Below, piece by piece: positions 47,613-58,853 of a stretch of 64,000 bases of DNA (position 1 is its first letter; each line of letters opens with the position of its first letter). Position numbers and translations under genes: made by a program. Origin of the DNA: Candidatus Hydrogenedentota bacterium (GTDB lineage Bacteria; Hydrogenedentota; Hydrogenedentia; Hydrogenedentales; SLHB01); the NCBI GenBank assembly GCA_045863295.1, contig BTWA01000006.1:1-64000 (forward strand), in the 5' to 3' direction. Below the pieces are notes generated by a model. It searched no databases and had not been told where the DNA came from. It saw nothing but the letters and a program-made list of their open reading frames with translations.

Positions 47613-49346
47613 ATGCGTATGCAATCCAGAAGTCGCGTTGTTGGAGCGTTGATGCGTTGGACGTTTCATTTGCCGCACGGGGCGGCTGCGTTGCTGCTGG
47701 CCGTGGTGTTGTCAGGGTGTCCGATGACAACCGAGCGATCGCTTGCGAACGCGGGCGATGAATCCGAAGATGTGGTTGTGACACCAGCGCCCGAAGACGG
47801 GGAAACCCCGGAACATTTGAACAACGGTGGCGGCACACCTCCGCCGAACAACGGAGGTGGCACACCTCCTCCGAATAATGGTGGTGGCACACCTCCGCCG
47901 AACAATGGTGGTGGCACACCTCCGCCGAATAACGGTGGCGGCACACCTCCTCCGAACAACGGAGGTGGCACACCTCCTCCGAACAATGGTGCTGGCACTC
48001 CTCCGCCGAACAATGGTGGTGGCACTCCTCCGCCGAACAATGGTGGTGGCACTCCTCCGATGGGTGTGGATCCGCGTTCGCAACTCATGATCACGGACCT
48101 GCGTGTAGTAGAGGATCCAGTTCGAACCAATCCTGCCTCGGGAGATCAGGGCGTGTGGACATTTAAGTACTTGATCGAGCAGATGGCCGGGACTCGCAAT
48201 CCTTCGGCGTTCGCACTGGAATGGTTGCGTCTGTGGGAACAGGACCAGGTTGTCAACGGGCGCACTTCTTCGGCGCGTCCGTCGATTCGACCACGCGTGA
48301 TTGATCCATGGATGCAGGTGAGCGGTGGAAGCCAACTCGATCTTTCGTTGGCCCCATTCAAGCTGCTGGCGATTGTAAATCGAATCGACTTACGCGAACA
48401 TGACGGCACAACGGTGGTGACGGGTGGCGAAGGGCGATTTGTGTTCGGCGTTTTGGCTCCCGATGGAACTCCCCTGCTGCCGGCAGCGGGTTCGGGACGA
48501 AGCGGTTTCCTTGTCATCTTTGAATATGAACTTCCGGCGACGACGATGGACGGGTTGCGCGATTGGGCGCTGGCGTGGCGGGGACTGGGATCGTCTCCCC
48601 TGGGTTCGCCGGAGTACAACGCGGCGTTGGAGCAGATTACGCGCAGATTCAGCGATCGAGGCAGTGCGCTGGGCAAGCCGAACGGCAATGCACTCAACCA
48701 GATTCGAACGAATGAAATAGCATTGCGCGCGCCGTGGGAAATGCGGGAATTTGTAATCGATGGGACATCGGGATTTTTGCGGCAGACGACAGTGGCGTTG
48801 ACGCCCGATACGATTGAACTCAACGGTACACAAGCGTTCGCCGACCTGATCAATGATGGCGAGGCGGACATTTTGGCAGGGACCGGCCAACTGTCTCCGG
48901 ATGCATTTGCGGCTTCGTCATTGGTGGGCCCATTTCGCGAAGGCGATTTTCCGGACTTCGCCGATCGGACGTATACGATTCTGCCACTGGCAAACGGGCT
49001 TTTTGATGTGGCGTGGAGCGCAGCGGGAATTGTGAACAACGATGCGCGTCACGAGTTTGCCCTGAATACGTGCAGTGGGTGCCACCGCGCGGAAACGCGC
49101 ACCGGGTTTGTCATGGTCGGTTTTCCGGCGGATCATACCCTGCCGGAGTCGTTAGGGAGGCCCGCGGCGTTGTCTGGATTCCTGCGTGGTGTGGCTGTGC
49201 CGGATCCGGTGGAGCCGGAGACCGTGCGGCACTTCGCGGATCTGCAACGCCGGAAGCTGGAGTTTGAAGCCTTGCTGGCAAGTTTTGGCGAACAAGGCAG
49301 CGGCCCAGGACCCCGAGGCGAACACCGCCCCCGTTTTGTGCACTGA
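47613..49346 (+). CDS. lipoprotein with Pro/Gly/Asn repeat linker and a single CxxCH motif
   Basis: Lipobox 'VVLSG-C', (NNGGGTPPP)x9, 'TCSGCH'; start uncertain. Confidence 0.7.
   Translation: MRMQSRSRVVGALMRWTFHLPHGAAALLLAVVLSGCPMTTERSLANAGDESEDVVVTPAPEDGETPEHLNNGGGTPPPNNGGGTPPPNNGGGTPPPNNGGGTPPPNNGGGTPPPNNGGGTPPPNNGAGTPPPNNGGGTPPPNNGGGTPPMGVDPRSQLMITDLRVVEDPVRTNPASGDQGVWTFKYLIEQMAGTRNPSAFALEWLRLWEQDQVVNGRTSSARPSIRPRVIDPWMQVSGGSQLDLSLAPFKLLAIVNRIDLREHDGTTVVTGGEGRFVFGVLAPDGTPLLPAAGSGRSGFLVIFEYELPATTMDGLRDWALAWRGLGSSPLGSPEYNAALEQITRRFSDRGSALGKPNGNALNQIRTNEIALRAPWEMREFVIDGTSGFLRQTTVALTPDTIELNGTQAFADLINDGEADILAGTGQLSPDAFAASSLVGPFREGDFPDFADRTYTILPLANGLFDVAWSAAGIVNNDARHEFALNTCSGCHRAETRTGFVMVGFPADHTLPESLGRPAALSGFLRGVAVPDPVEPETVRHFADLQRRKLEFEALLASFGEQGSGPGPRGEHRPRFVH
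47820..48059 (+). repeat. 27-bp coding tandem repeat, about 9 copies
   Basis: AACAAYGGNGGYGGCACWCCTCCKCCG-type units encoding NNGGGTPPP. Confidence 0.95.
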
Positions 49347-49360
49347 GTAGTGAAAATCGA

Positions 49361-49397
49361 AAGACCCCGTGCTGCCCGAGTGGCGGCACGGGGTCTT
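49361..49397. terminator. hairpin between convergent genes
   Basis: AAGACCCCGTGCTGCC / GGCGGCACGGGGTCTT. Confidence 0.75.
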
Positions 49398-49418
49398 CAT
49401 TAATTCAAATTGTTGCGG

Positions 49419-49781
49419 CTATTTAATGAGCCTAATGCTTACCGGGTAGCGATAGGCTTCTCCATTGGACGCTTTCATCGCCGCCATGATGATAAAGACC
49501 AGATTGAAGATGAGTATCAGGATGCCGGCCAAACCAAGGAATGGGAGGATAATCGTGATGACAAAGAAGGCGAGGCCAACAATGGCCATCGTAATCTGAA
49601 AGTTCAGGGCTTCCTTGCCTTGGTCATCGACAAATGGGAACTCTTGCTTCTTAATCAGCCAGATAATCAGTGGTCCGATTACATTGGCAAAGGGGATGCA
49701 TGTAAACATGGCCAAGGCGCTTAAATGGCATGCCATGGCCCAATTTCGTGCAGTGCTATCCATGGTCGTTGTCTCCTTCAT
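49419..49781 (-). CDS. DUF4870-like membrane protein
   Basis: 'WAMACHLS', 'GPLIIWL', 'GKEALNFQIT', 'YRYP'. Confidence 0.85.
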   Translation of the reverse strand: MKETTTMDSTARNWAMACHLSALAMFTCIPFANVIGPLIIWLIKKQEFPFVDDQGKEALNFQITMAIVGLAFFVITIILPFLGLAGILILIFNLVFIIMAAMKASNGEAYRYPVSIRLIK

Positions 49782-49958
49782 ACGCGGCCGCGGACCGCAG
49801 CCTGGAACCCCTGGGACCCTCCCGGCCTTCCCCTGTGGGGAAACGCCGTCCTTATCTTACCTCAGAATTGGGTGTATGTTGCACATTTGCCTTTGGCTTC
49901 TGAGATTGGCGATGACGGGACCGAAGCGTTTCGCCGGGAACGTATGATCTATAAAGAG

Positions 49959-50708
49959 TCAAGCGCTGCCGGTAGTTACCCCGGAACGAGGTATGTGGAA
50001 CACGAATCCACGAACCGGATCATACTCGAGGCGGCCTTTATGCAGACCCGCGAATTGTCGAGCTACCGTCAGGCCAAGGCCCAGGTGTTCTCCGGATTTC
50101 GTGGTAAAGTAGGGTTCGAACATCGACTCCCGGGTTGATTCGCCGATAGGCTCACCGGAATTCCAGATGGCCACCGTGACGCTCTCTTGATCCTGGGATA
50201 CCGAAATCTTGACAATCCGGGATCCCTCCTTCAATGCCAGGCAAGCCTCGATAGCATTGGTGAGGACGTATAAAAGCGCCAATTCGATTTTGGGCAGGTC
50301 GACCGCAAAGGTATGCAGGTTGTCCGCATAATTCGTTTCAAGCGTGATGTGGTTCGTGCGAATATCGAATCGCCGGAGGTCCAGTACACGTTCCACGCAT
50401 TGGGCAGGCTCAATGACCCGAATATCGGGGCGTTCGCGGCGGGAGACGTCGGTCAGATTGTTGACCAATCCGCTGGCTTTGCGCACTGCGGCCAGAATTT
50501 CCCCTACCATCCGTGTGGACTCTGCGGGGAGTGTTTCGTCCATGGCAATCAATTCGGCGTAGGCCATGATGGCGCCCAGGAAGTTGTTTACGTCGTGGGT
50601 CACACTGCTGACACACTGACCGATCTGGGCATAACGAAACAGCCGTTCAAGCCGTTCCCGTTGTACTTGGGTAGTCGGCTCGATTACCACGTACTCCATA
50701 GTGCGCAC
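49959..50708 (-). CDS. sensorless histidine kinase-like protein
   Basis: H-box 'THDVNN', N-box 'NAIEA', 'FEPYFTTK', 'GLGL'. Confidence 0.8.
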   Translation of the reverse strand: MRTMEYVVIEPTTQVQRERLERLFRYAQIGQCVSSVTHDVNNFLGAIMAYAELIAMDETLPAESTRMVGEILAAVRKASGLVNNLTDVSRRERPDIRVIEPAQCVERVLDLRRFDIRTNHITLETNYADNLHTFAVDLPKIELALLYVLTNAIEACLALKEGSRIVKISVSQDQESVTVAIWNSGEPIGESTRESMFEPYFTTKSGEHLGLGLTVARQFAGLHKGRLEYDPVRGFVFHIPRSGVTTGSA

Positions 50709-50840
50709 TCCCGGATACAGCTTCTATCGGTATTGTTTCATTTTTTATTGATTTTGTCAAAACGCAAATACCGATAACTGCTAATTCGGGAGGATGTAAT
50801 CGGTTCTGATTCCAGACCTACGTCCAGAAATGGAACGAAT

Positions 50841-52421
50841 TTATACCTCCACCAAGCGGGCATCAATCACATGAGGAATCCGTCGAATTGCATCGATTAC
50901 ACCCAAGTCAACATCGGCATCGACGTTGAGCACAGCCGTGGCGCGTCCCCCCAGTGTATCGCGTCCCAGGGCGAGGTTGGCGATGTTTACACCGGCTTCG
51001 CCTATCGCGGTGGCCACACGGCCGAAGACGAGCGGTTTGTCCTCATTGACGCAGATTAGCATCCAGGAAACGAGTTCCGTATCCACGCGAATGCCATCGA
51101 TGGAGCAAATGCGCGCTTCCTGGTTATTGGAGAGGGTGCCCGCAATATCGTGGGATTCGAGATCGGTCGAAACGCGGATGCTGATTTGGAAGGCATAGTC
51201 GGGATTCTGCGGGCTTCTAGTTTCGGAGTATGTAATTCCGTGTGTTTCCAAGAGCGTTGGAGCGCTGACGGAATTCACGGTTTCAACCAGCGGCGTGAGA
51301 AAACCCACCAAGACAGCGGCGCTGATGGGGTACGTGTCGGTGACGCCAATTTCGCCGGCATACTCGATCTCGACCGAGGTTGGCTTGCCACGCATGTATT
51401 GCGATGCGAAACAGCCAAGGCGCGAGCCGAGGTTCAGGATGGGCTGGAGTGCCTTGCGGGTCTCCGCATCCAGGCTGGGCACGTTTACGGCATTCACGAT
51501 TGCGCCGGTTTTCAGGTAATCCACCATTTGCTGTGCAACCTCGATGGCGACCGTAAGTTGGGCTTCCTCGGTTGATGCTGCAAGGTGTGGTGTCGTGACT
51601 ACATTGGTCAGGCCGAGGAACGGGTTGTTTTCAATGGGCTCCGAGGTATAGACGTCGAGTGCGGCGCCAGCAATGACGCCTTCGCGAAGGGCTTGAGCAA
51701 GGTCCTGCTCGTTGACGAGTCCACCGCGGGCGCAGTTGACAATGCGGCAGTTGGGCTTCATGCGCTTGAGCTGTTCCATGCGGATCATGTTCATTGTCTT
51801 TTCCGTCTTGGGCGCATGAATGGTAATGAAGTCCGAGCGTTCGATAATTTCGTCTAAAGTGGCGAGTTCAACCCCGAGGGCTTCCGCCTTGAGCTTGCTC
51901 AACAGCGGATCAAATACGAGTACTTTCATTTCAAATGCCAGCGCACGTTTCGCGACCGCGCCGCCAATTCGACCGCAGCCAAGCACTCCGAGGGTTTTGC
52001 CGCGAACTTCGGCGCCATTGAAATTCTTGCGGTCCCAGCGGCCTTCCATCATGGAAGCGTGTGCCTGCGGGATGTTGCGGCACAAGGAGAGCATGAGCGC
52101 AAACGTGTGCTCACAGGTCGAAATGGTATTGCCACCGGGAACATTCATGACAACGATGCCGCGCTTGGTTGCCGCGTCTTTATCGACGTTGTCCGTACCG
52201 GCTCCGGCGCGGCCGATTACCCGCAAGCGGCCGGCTTTTTCGATGGCGGCGGCGGTGACCTTTGTCGCGCTACGCACCACCAATCCGTCATAGTCGCCGA
52301 GGATTGCGGCCAATTCTTCCGGTTTTTGCGGAGGTTTCACATCAACCTGGAAGCCTTCGGCTTCTCGAAAAATGTTTAAGCCTTCCTCGCTGAGATTATC
52401 GAGTGCCAGAATTTTAAACAT
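50841..52421 (-). CDS. serA: D-3-phosphoglycerate dehydrogenase
   Basis: 'VRSATKV', 'GRAGAG.DNVD', GCGRIG, 'NCARGG', 'TPHLAASTEEAQ'; ASB and ACT domains. Confidence 0.95.
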   Translation of the reverse strand: MFKILALDNLSEEGLNIFREAEGFQVDVKPPQKPEELAAILGDYDGLVVRSATKVTAAAIEKAGRLRVIGRAGAGTDNVDKDAATKRGIVVMNVPGGNTISTCEHTFALMLSLCRNIPQAHASMMEGRWDRKNFNGAEVRGKTLGVLGCGRIGGAVAKRALAFEMKVLVFDPLLSKLKAEALGVELATLDEIIERSDFITIHAPKTEKTMNMIRMEQLKRMKPNCRIVNCARGGLVNEQDLAQALREGVIAGAALDVYTSEPIENNPFLGLTNVVTTPHLAASTEEAQLTVAIEVAQQMVDYLKTGAIVNAVNVPSLDAETRKALQPILNLGSRLGCFASQYMRGKPTSVEIEYAGEIGVTDTYPISAAVLVGFLTPLVETVNSVSAPTLLETHGITYSETRSPQNPDYAFQISIRVSTDLESHDIAGTLSNNQEARICSIDGIRVDTELVSWMLICVNEDKPLVFGRVATAIGEAGVNIANLALGRDTLGGRATAVLNVDADVDLGVIDAIRRIPHVIDARLVEV

Positions 52422-52651
52422 GCTTTTTCTCCCGGAAGCTAGCGTCGTTACGTGGCCGCGTTGCTGTGCGGCTGGCGGTTCTGAATACCGATACAAGTCC
52501 CCCACGTCAATTTTGGGGGGAATCGCGACAGGTCCGAGGGCCGCAAAAAACCTGCATTGCGCGCGCATTGTGCACGCGTTCACAGCTTATCAAACCGGTC
52601 AAATGGAAGTCAATTCATTTTGCGCTGGTCAACGCTGTACGGAGTTCGAAC

Positions 52652-53434
52652 TCAGAGTAAGGGTTGAATGCCCACAAGAAACAAACCGCCCCTCACGCAG
52701 GTGAATCTGACGATTCCAGAGTCGCGATCGAGTACTGCGTTAGGATCACGTTTCCATTCGGAATCGATCCATTGAAAAAGCCCGATTGTTCCTTTCGCTT
52801 TGGCGGCCAATTCAGAGTCGAAGCTGATTTCCGCTCGAAGGCCCGCCGTGGCCTTGGTGAGATCGTCCGGTTCGATGGAGAAACAGGAAGAAAGTGTTTG
52901 CTTTGGGAATCCCGGTGCATTGGGATTGGGTATTACGGGAAGTCTGTAGGCTTTAAGAATGCCGCCGTCTATAAAACAACATGGCCGAAAAATGAGCAAC
53001 AAATCCCACGACTCGATTGGATAAAACAAGTCAATTCCGGTTTGACCCGAGACGTAGAATTCCTCACCGTCCGCATAGGGTACCGTACGATCGGCAATTG
53101 GATTGCCATCCTGTTTTAACGCAAACCCAAAAGTGAGCGATCCGCCGGAGTTGGACTTGGGATTTGGAATCGCATACTGAGCGGTATTCTTCGCCGCCGG
53201 ATCACTTCTGCCTTCTACCACCCCCTCGGTTCCATCGGGCAGGCGAAACGTCAGCGCCGGCATTTGCGAAGTGGCTCCATTTTGCATGGTAATCGACACG
53301 GCAAACGGTTCGTCTGGCCTGGCCCATTCGGCGTGCGTCCATTTGACGTCCTTCGCTGGAGACGTCTCTGCCGCCGCGATTGTGATCCTACAAGCAATCC
53401 CTGCCGCTATTGCGAGTGCACATATGGATTTCAT
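52652..53434 (-). CDS. secreted hypothetical protein
   Basis: Signal-like N-terminus; coupled to the upstream stop. Confidence 0.55.
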   Translation of the reverse strand: MKSICALAIAAGIACRITIAAAETSPAKDVKWTHAEWARPDEPFAVSITMQNGATSQMPALTFRLPDGTEGVVEGRSDPAAKNTAQYAIPNPKSNSGGSLTFGFALKQDGNPIADRTVPYADGEEFYVSGQTGIDLFYPIESWDLLLIFRPCCFIDGGILKAYRLPVIPNPNAPGFPKQTLSSCFSIEPDDLTKATAGLRAEISFDSELAAKAKGTIGLFQWIDSEWKRDPNAVLDRDSGIVRFTCVRGGLFLVGIQPLL

Positions 53435-54780
53435 CAGGCGGTATCCGGGATCACCCAGGGATCGCGGTACGTGCGTTTAACGAGTCCGTTGGCTTCATCA
53501 TCATTGACGAAACATTCCGTGACCGGATCGATGTGCAATTTGCGTCCAGTTCGGTACGCGATGTTGCCATAATGACACAAGAGTGTCGATTTGTGGAGTT
53601 TCTCGATATCTGCCGTGGGGAGTTCCCGGCTACGAATGCATGAGATGTAGTTCTCGATATGGGCAGTGTTGGACGGCGAAAACTTACCATGGTAAATCTT
53701 TACCGATTGCCCTTCGGCGTCGAACACTTGCCAACCGCCGCCGTGTCGTTCGAAGAACATCATTTGATTCTCGCCATAGATCTCCATGCGCGTTCCGGAG
53801 AAGGGCCAAAGAGGGAGCGTATCCTGATCGCGTACATCCATGGGCATTTTTTTCATGTACGGCGACCAGAGGGTTTGTTCGAATACCATGGTTAGTCCGT
53901 CATATTCCCAGTTTACGGTGTGTGTATCCGGGGTTTCCTGCACGTCCTTATAGAAGTGAATTCCGCCGGCGGAAACGACAGCCTTTGGATAGTCGCGATC
54001 AATGAGCCAGCGTGCGATGTCAATTTGATGGACGCCGTCGTTGATGATGTCACCGCCGCTGTAGTCCCAGAACCAGTGCCAGTTGTAGTGAAAATGACTG
54101 ACGTTGAAAGGACGCATGGGGGCAGGTCCAAGCCACATGCTGTAATCGACGCCAGCCGGCGGTTCGGAGTCGGGTGCTTCCGGGACTGGACTGCGAAGTT
54201 TGCTATTGAGTACGCGAACAAAATGGACTTTACCGAATTCGGGAGTGCGAATGTAATCGAAGGCGGCGTAGACATATTCATTGCTACGATTCTGTGCACC
54301 AACCTGAACAATGCGTCCAGTTTTGCGTGCGTACTCGACCATCTTCTGGCTTTCCCAAATGCTATGAGATGTGGGTTTTTCCACGTAGACATCTTTCCCG
54401 GCCATGCAGGCAAATATGGTGCCGGGGGCATGCCAATGATCGGGCGTGGCATTTACAATGCCGTCCACTTCCTTGTCGTCTAAAATATTCCGGAAGTCCT
54501 GTGTGACGATAGGTCTTTTGCCGGTTGCTTTTTCCAGTGCGTCGGCACACTGTTCCGCGCGATTCTTGTCAGGGTCGGCGCAATAGCGAATTTCGACGTC
54601 GGAGCGCGTGGCAAATTCGGCGGCCAGAAACTGGCCCCTCCCGCCAGTACCCATAAACCCGATGATCACACGGTCGTTTGCGCCGGCCGCGCTCATAGGC
54701 ATGCCTGCTGTGAGGGCGGTTGCGGCGGAGGCCGCCAGCGTCGTGTGTTTCAGAAAGGTTCGCCGGTCAATTGTAGGCAT
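53434..54780 (-). CDS. Gfo/Idh/MocA oxidoreductase with Tat signal
   Basis: DRRTFL, GTGGRG, 'ATPDHWH', 'YVEKP'. Confidence 0.92.
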   Translation of the reverse strand: MPTIDRRTFLKHTTLAASAATALTAGMPMSAAGANDRVIIGFMGTGGRGQFLAAEFATRSDVEIRYCADPDKNRAEQCADALEKATGKRPIVTQDFRNILDDKEVDGIVNATPDHWHAPGTIFACMAGKDVYVEKPTSHSIWESQKMVEYARKTGRIVQVGAQNRSNEYVYAAFDYIRTPEFGKVHFVRVLNSKLRSPVPEAPDSEPPAGVDYSMWLGPAPMRPFNVSHFHYNWHWFWDYSGGDIINDGVHQIDIARWLIDRDYPKAVVSAGGIHFYKDVQETPDTHTVNWEYDGLTMVFEQTLWSPYMKKMPMDVRDQDTLPLWPFSGTRMEIYGENQMMFFERHGGGWQVFDAEGQSVKIYHGKFSPSNTAHIENYISCIRSRELPTADIEKLHKSTLLCHYGNIAYRTGRKLHIDPVTECFVNDDEANGLVKRTYRDPWVIPDTA

Positions 54781-54805
54781 GGCATGCTCTCTCCTCTTTG
54801 CTCAA

Positions 54806-57109
54806 TTATTCGGTACTCGAATTGGGCCAGTTCAGATGTTTGTGCAGAAAGTCGAATGTTCCTTTGCCGTGAATGGTATGTGGGCCGTCGAACCATTCGA
54901 TTTCCGCGTTATCGCCTTTACCCATGAGGTCATAATGCCTGTATGTCCGTGCAAATTCGTAGGCGACCCACTCGTCCACGGAAACGCCATCGTGATGGCC
55001 TCGCTCTACCATGAACGGCCTTGGAAATATGAGCCAACTCAACTCAGCATAGTTGAAAGTGTTGCCGAGATCGAATTCGAACATTTCGTATTCGCCGGTG
55101 AACAGGTAACTGACTTTGTGCCGGTTTGAGACCGTTTTCCATATCCATTCATTATAGTCACCAGAACAAATGACGGCAGAATAGCGGGGCTCCAAGGGGG
55201 GGACCCGCATGGCTGTTTTGCCGCCGTAGCTTAATCCATAGAATGCGATGCGGCTGGAGTCCGTCCAGGGTTGTTCGATAAGCCAATCGATGATCCGTTC
55301 GTGTTGCCGCACAATAAACGAAAACAAGGATAGTTTCAGGGGGTTGGCCTTGCGTTGCAGCGTCCGAAAGGTATCACCCCCGATGTACGGGTTTTGTGGC
55401 GAAAACGTGATGAAGCCGCGTTCGGCAAGCGCGTACGCAAACTGGTGGTAATAATGGCTGTCTTGTGCTGGATCGGCGGTATCCTGCGGACGTCCTTCCA
55501 GGCCGTGCTGGCATACAACGACGGGTCTGCGTTCGCCGGGATGTATGTTCTTGGGCAGCAGCAGAATACCGTAAGCAATGACATCGGGAAATACATCAAC
55601 GACCACTTCGTAGCCTGCGACGGTTTCTGTATCGTAGATTTTGCGCGTACGTGGATTGAGGGGCATCTTGGGCTGCGGAAGACTTCCGAGGATTTCTTCG
55701 CGAAAATAGGTACGGTACCATTCTGCGGTCTTGACGAAGGTCTCCGAGGTAGACTTGTCGGCACGATTCCAAAAGATTTCTCTTGTGTACTGCGCCTCAC
55801 GTAGCAGTTTTTGTGTATGCTCCATCAACTCGTCCAACTGACGCTTCATCCGTTGGGCTGGGTCGACCTGCCGTGCACTCTTGGCAAATACGGTTCCGTC
55901 GGCAAGCGGTATGTTCAATCCAAGATCTTTCACGAACTTGGCGAGGGCATCTTCCTGAAGTGGCTGATGAGCTTCGATCAGGTGTACCACTTTGGGCGGT
56001 GTGAGTTGGTTGCCCCATTCGTTCGCGCGAGCGACCTCGTCCTGCACTTCCGACATAGGAAAAGTATTTATTTGTCCCGGCGATCCGTCTCTGCGCTCGG
56101 TTGGCGTTGCCGCCTCTGGAACCTGCGGAAAGGGAGCCTGCTCGATAATCAATGACCGAGGAAGGATCATAGAGGCCAGTTCCGCATCGCCAAATTCAGT
56201 GAGCAGCGACCAGACACTTCGATCGATCGGTTCTTTCCATAGGTCTTCCCGCGGACCAAAATACCCGGAGATGCATGTAGCGTCGATGCGCGAATCCAGT
56301 GCAGCTGTATAGAGTGCAATCAGTCCGCCCTCGCCGTAGCCGACTAACCCGATTGGATTCGAATCCAGAGTCTGGAACCAGTCCACACCTCCAAGGACTT
56401 TTTGAACTTCGTAACCGATGACGTGGCGGCCCATTTGGTACGCGGGCCGGTAGAGGTATTCCCTGTGGGACTGATTGGTCATCCGGGTGTCTTCGCGCCC
56501 AGAGTAGGTATGGTCCCGGTTAATTAGCAATGGAACAAGTACCCGGCATCCAGACTCAGCCAATCTAACTGCAAATGCACCGGATGCCTCTTTGGCGAGT
56601 CCGGCTGCTGCTTCGGGAGAGGAATCAGCATCTGGAATGGCAATTACGTTTGCCTTGGCGGGAGTTTTGGGGTCTAGCAGCAGCCCCTCTCCATACACTC
56701 CGTCCAAGACCGGCCATTTAACCTGATAGACGGCCACCTGATCCGATTCAGCTAAAAGAGCTGATGCATCTGTAGTTGACACCAATTGCATTGAGGAGGG
56801 TTGGCGTGTGTCGAACGCGCCAATAATCTTTGTAAGCCGAATCCGATTGGGTTGAAGCGACGAAACATATGCCTCGTGAGACGTAAAGTCACGGCGCCAA
56901 TAGGTTTCACGGCTTTCTCGGGCGATCCGGGTGGCGTTATCGAGGTAGCGGTGCAGGCCGTCCACCATCAATACAGCGATGTCGTCTTCAATGACGAGTT
57001 CGGACGTGGAGGGTAACCGCTCGGCACAGACGGCAGCGAGACTGAACGCCATGACACATGCGATCGCGCAGCTTGTGCGGCAATGGTGGTGCCGTCGAAT
57101 TGGTCTCAT
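54806..57109 (-). CDS. tandem alpha/beta-hydrolase (dienelactone hydrolase-like)
   Basis: Two elbow motifs, 'GYGEGG' (degenerate) and 'GLSYGG'; 'CQHGL'; C-terminal 'GPH'. Confidence 0.75.
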   Translation of the reverse strand: MRPIRRHHHCRTSCAIACVMAFSLAAVCAERLPSTSELVIEDDIAVLMVDGLHRYLDNATRIARESRETYWRRDFTSHEAYVSSLQPNRIRLTKIIGAFDTRQPSSMQLVSTTDASALLAESDQVAVYQVKWPVLDGVYGEGLLLDPKTPAKANVIAIPDADSSPEAAAGLAKEASGAFAVRLAESGCRVLVPLLINRDHTYSGREDTRMTNQSHREYLYRPAYQMGRHVIGYEVQKVLGGVDWFQTLDSNPIGLVGYGEGGLIALYTAALDSRIDATCISGYFGPREDLWKEPIDRSVWSLLTEFGDAELASMILPRSLIIEQAPFPQVPEAATPTERRDGSPGQINTFPMSEVQDEVARANEWGNQLTPPKVVHLIEAHQPLQEDALAKFVKDLGLNIPLADGTVFAKSARQVDPAQRMKRQLDELMEHTQKLLREAQYTREIFWNRADKSTSETFVKTAEWYRTYFREEILGSLPQPKMPLNPRTRKIYDTETVAGYEVVVDVFPDVIAYGILLLPKNIHPGERRPVVVCQHGLEGRPQDTADPAQDSHYYHQFAYALAERGFITFSPQNPYIGGDTFRTLQRKANPLKLSLFSFIVRQHERIIDWLIEQPWTDSSRIAFYGLSYGGKTAMRVPPLEPRYSAVICSGDYNEWIWKTVSNRHKVSYLFTGEYEMFEFDLGNTFNYAELSWLIFPRPFMVERGHHDGVSVDEWVAYEFARTYRHYDLMGKGDNAEIEWFDGPHTIHGKGTFDFLHKHLNWPNSSTE

Positions 57110-57185
57110 TCGTGCGGGCTCCCGGCGAACTAGCCTTCTTTCCGGGGTCGAGATAGCCCTTCGACCGGAATTCCAGACACAGGTA

Positions 57186-58853
57186 TTATTCGATGTTATA
57201 TCGCTTCATGGCCCGCCACAGCGTGGTACGCCCGACGCCCAGAATGTCCGCAGCCTGACTTCGATTTCCTTTGGCTTTTCGAAGCACCGCCCGAATGACG
57301 TCTTCAGTTAGTTCTCTCGGCCGTTGCGCGGCACGCATGACGAGGAAATCCTCGGGCAAGTCGGCCACGTCGAGCTCTTTTTCCTTGCTGAAAACAACCG
57401 CGTGTTCAATCACGTGCCGGAGTTGGCGGATGTTCCCGGGCCACGGACATTCCATGAGCGCTCGCTTGAAACTCTCCGACATCTGTAAATCGGGTCGTTC
57501 GTGCCGCTCTCTGTACTCTGCCAGGAACAGTTGCGCCAGGCGCACGATGTCATTGGCGCGGTCGCGTAGCGGCGGTATTTCAATGCGTCCAACCGCCAGC
57601 GCGTAATATAAATCGTTTCGAAGCGAGTTGGATTTCAGGCTTTCTTCGGGGTCGAGTTCCGTGCCTGCTATGATACGTGCATTGGTTGGTACGGGTTCGG
57701 CGTTACCAATCGGATGGACTTGTTGTTCGTTCATGGCACGCAACAATACAGCTTGAACATCCGGGCCCGCTTGCGTTATCTCGTGAAGATACAATGTGCC
57801 TTGGTGCGCTCGGGTCAGTGCGCCGATATGTTGACGTGACACGCCGGACAAGGGATCCTGCATGGCGCCGACCAATTCTCGATGCAGTGCTTCTGGCGTC
57901 ATGACACTGCAATCCACCTGTACAAACGGACCTTCCTTGCGTGTACCGCCATGGTGAATCGCCCGGGCCAGCGTGGAGCGGCCTACACCCGGTTCGCCCA
58001 CCAGTAGTGCGGGGGCTTCCGAGGCGGCCAGTTGTTCAGCACGGCGAATTACACGCTGCATGGATTCCGTCTCGGCCACGAGTGTATCAAACATGAGTTC
58101 CGAGCGTAGCTTGCGGCTCAACTGAATCAATGCCGCTTGGGCCTTGCGCGCTGCCCGTTGTGCCGTGTCGATCATTTCATCGCGCCGCGCGATTTCGTCT
58201 TCGATTGGCTCCAATTTTAATGCTTGCCGTGCCCAGTCTGCTTCCTGCTGCCATTCATGGTCAAGCCGTCCGATGAATACACACGCCTCTGCCCCATTTG
58301 CGGCGCACTCGGTTTCGAGCACCAAAACGCGCCTTCCCAAGATTTCGCTGATTTGCCCCGAGAGATTTCCTGAGGTAATCCAGCACACGGGATGTTGAGC
58401 CGATTCCTGGGCCATGCGATGCGCTGCGGCTTCCATGGAATTCAGCAGTCGAAGTTCTCGGTACAGCGTATTTCGATCCAGATCAAATTCAAAGCGAACA
58501 TGGTCGGCGAGGTAGCGCCCCTGGAGTTGCCCGAATACCAAACCGGCTTGAAGTCCGAGACGAGTGTTTCGCTCATATTGGTTGAAGTAGCGGGCGGCTT
58601 CCCGTCGGCCTTGCTCGAATCCCATGCGGAAACAGAACGCTCGAGCCCGGTCAGGACCCAGTATTTCGAGTAGCTGACGGCGCTCCACGGCCATCATTTC
58701 CAGATCGTCAAATTGGCCTGGGCGGCTACAAAGCAGGATACGCCCTTTGCTTGGACTGGACTCGAGCCAGGAATTGCGATCGCCTTCGATGTAATGAGCG
58801 ATAACCGGCGGAAGCTCAAGAAACACTTGAGCGCTTAATTTTGTGGTTTTCAC
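57186..58853 (-). CDS. XylR/V4R-AAA+-Fis HTH regulator with degenerate ATPase motifs
   Basis: V4R 'ETECAANGAEAC.F', 'DLYYAL', 'WPGNIRQL', HTH 'AADILGVGRTTLWRAMK'. Confidence 0.88.
   Translation of the reverse strand: MKTTKLSAQVFLELPPVIAHYIEGDRNSWLESSPSKGRILLCSRPGQFDDLEMMAVERRQLLEILGPDRARAFCFRMGFEQGRREAARYFNQYERNTRLGLQAGLVFGQLQGRYLADHVRFEFDLDRNTLYRELRLLNSMEAAAHRMAQESAQHPVCWITSGNLSGQISEILGRRVLVLETECAANGAEACVFIGRLDHEWQQEADWARQALKLEPIEDEIARRDEMIDTAQRAARKAQAALIQLSRKLRSELMFDTLVAETESMQRVIRRAEQLAASEAPALLVGEPGVGRSTLARAIHHGGTRKEGPFVQVDCSVMTPEALHRELVGAMQDPLSGVSRQHIGALTRAHQGTLYLHEITQAGPDVQAVLLRAMNEQQVHPIGNAEPVPTNARIIAGTELDPEESLKSNSLRNDLYYALAVGRIEIPPLRDRANDIVRLAQLFLAEYRERHERPDLQMSESFKRALMECPWPGNIRQLRHVIEHAVVFSKEKELDVADLPEDFLVMRAAQRPRELTEDVIRAVLRKAKGNRSQAADILGVGRTTLWRAMKRYNIE

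Noticed and set aside
47820..48059. 27-bp tandem repeat as a second CRISPR array
   Set aside because: No unique spacers; in-frame coding repeat with synonymous variation
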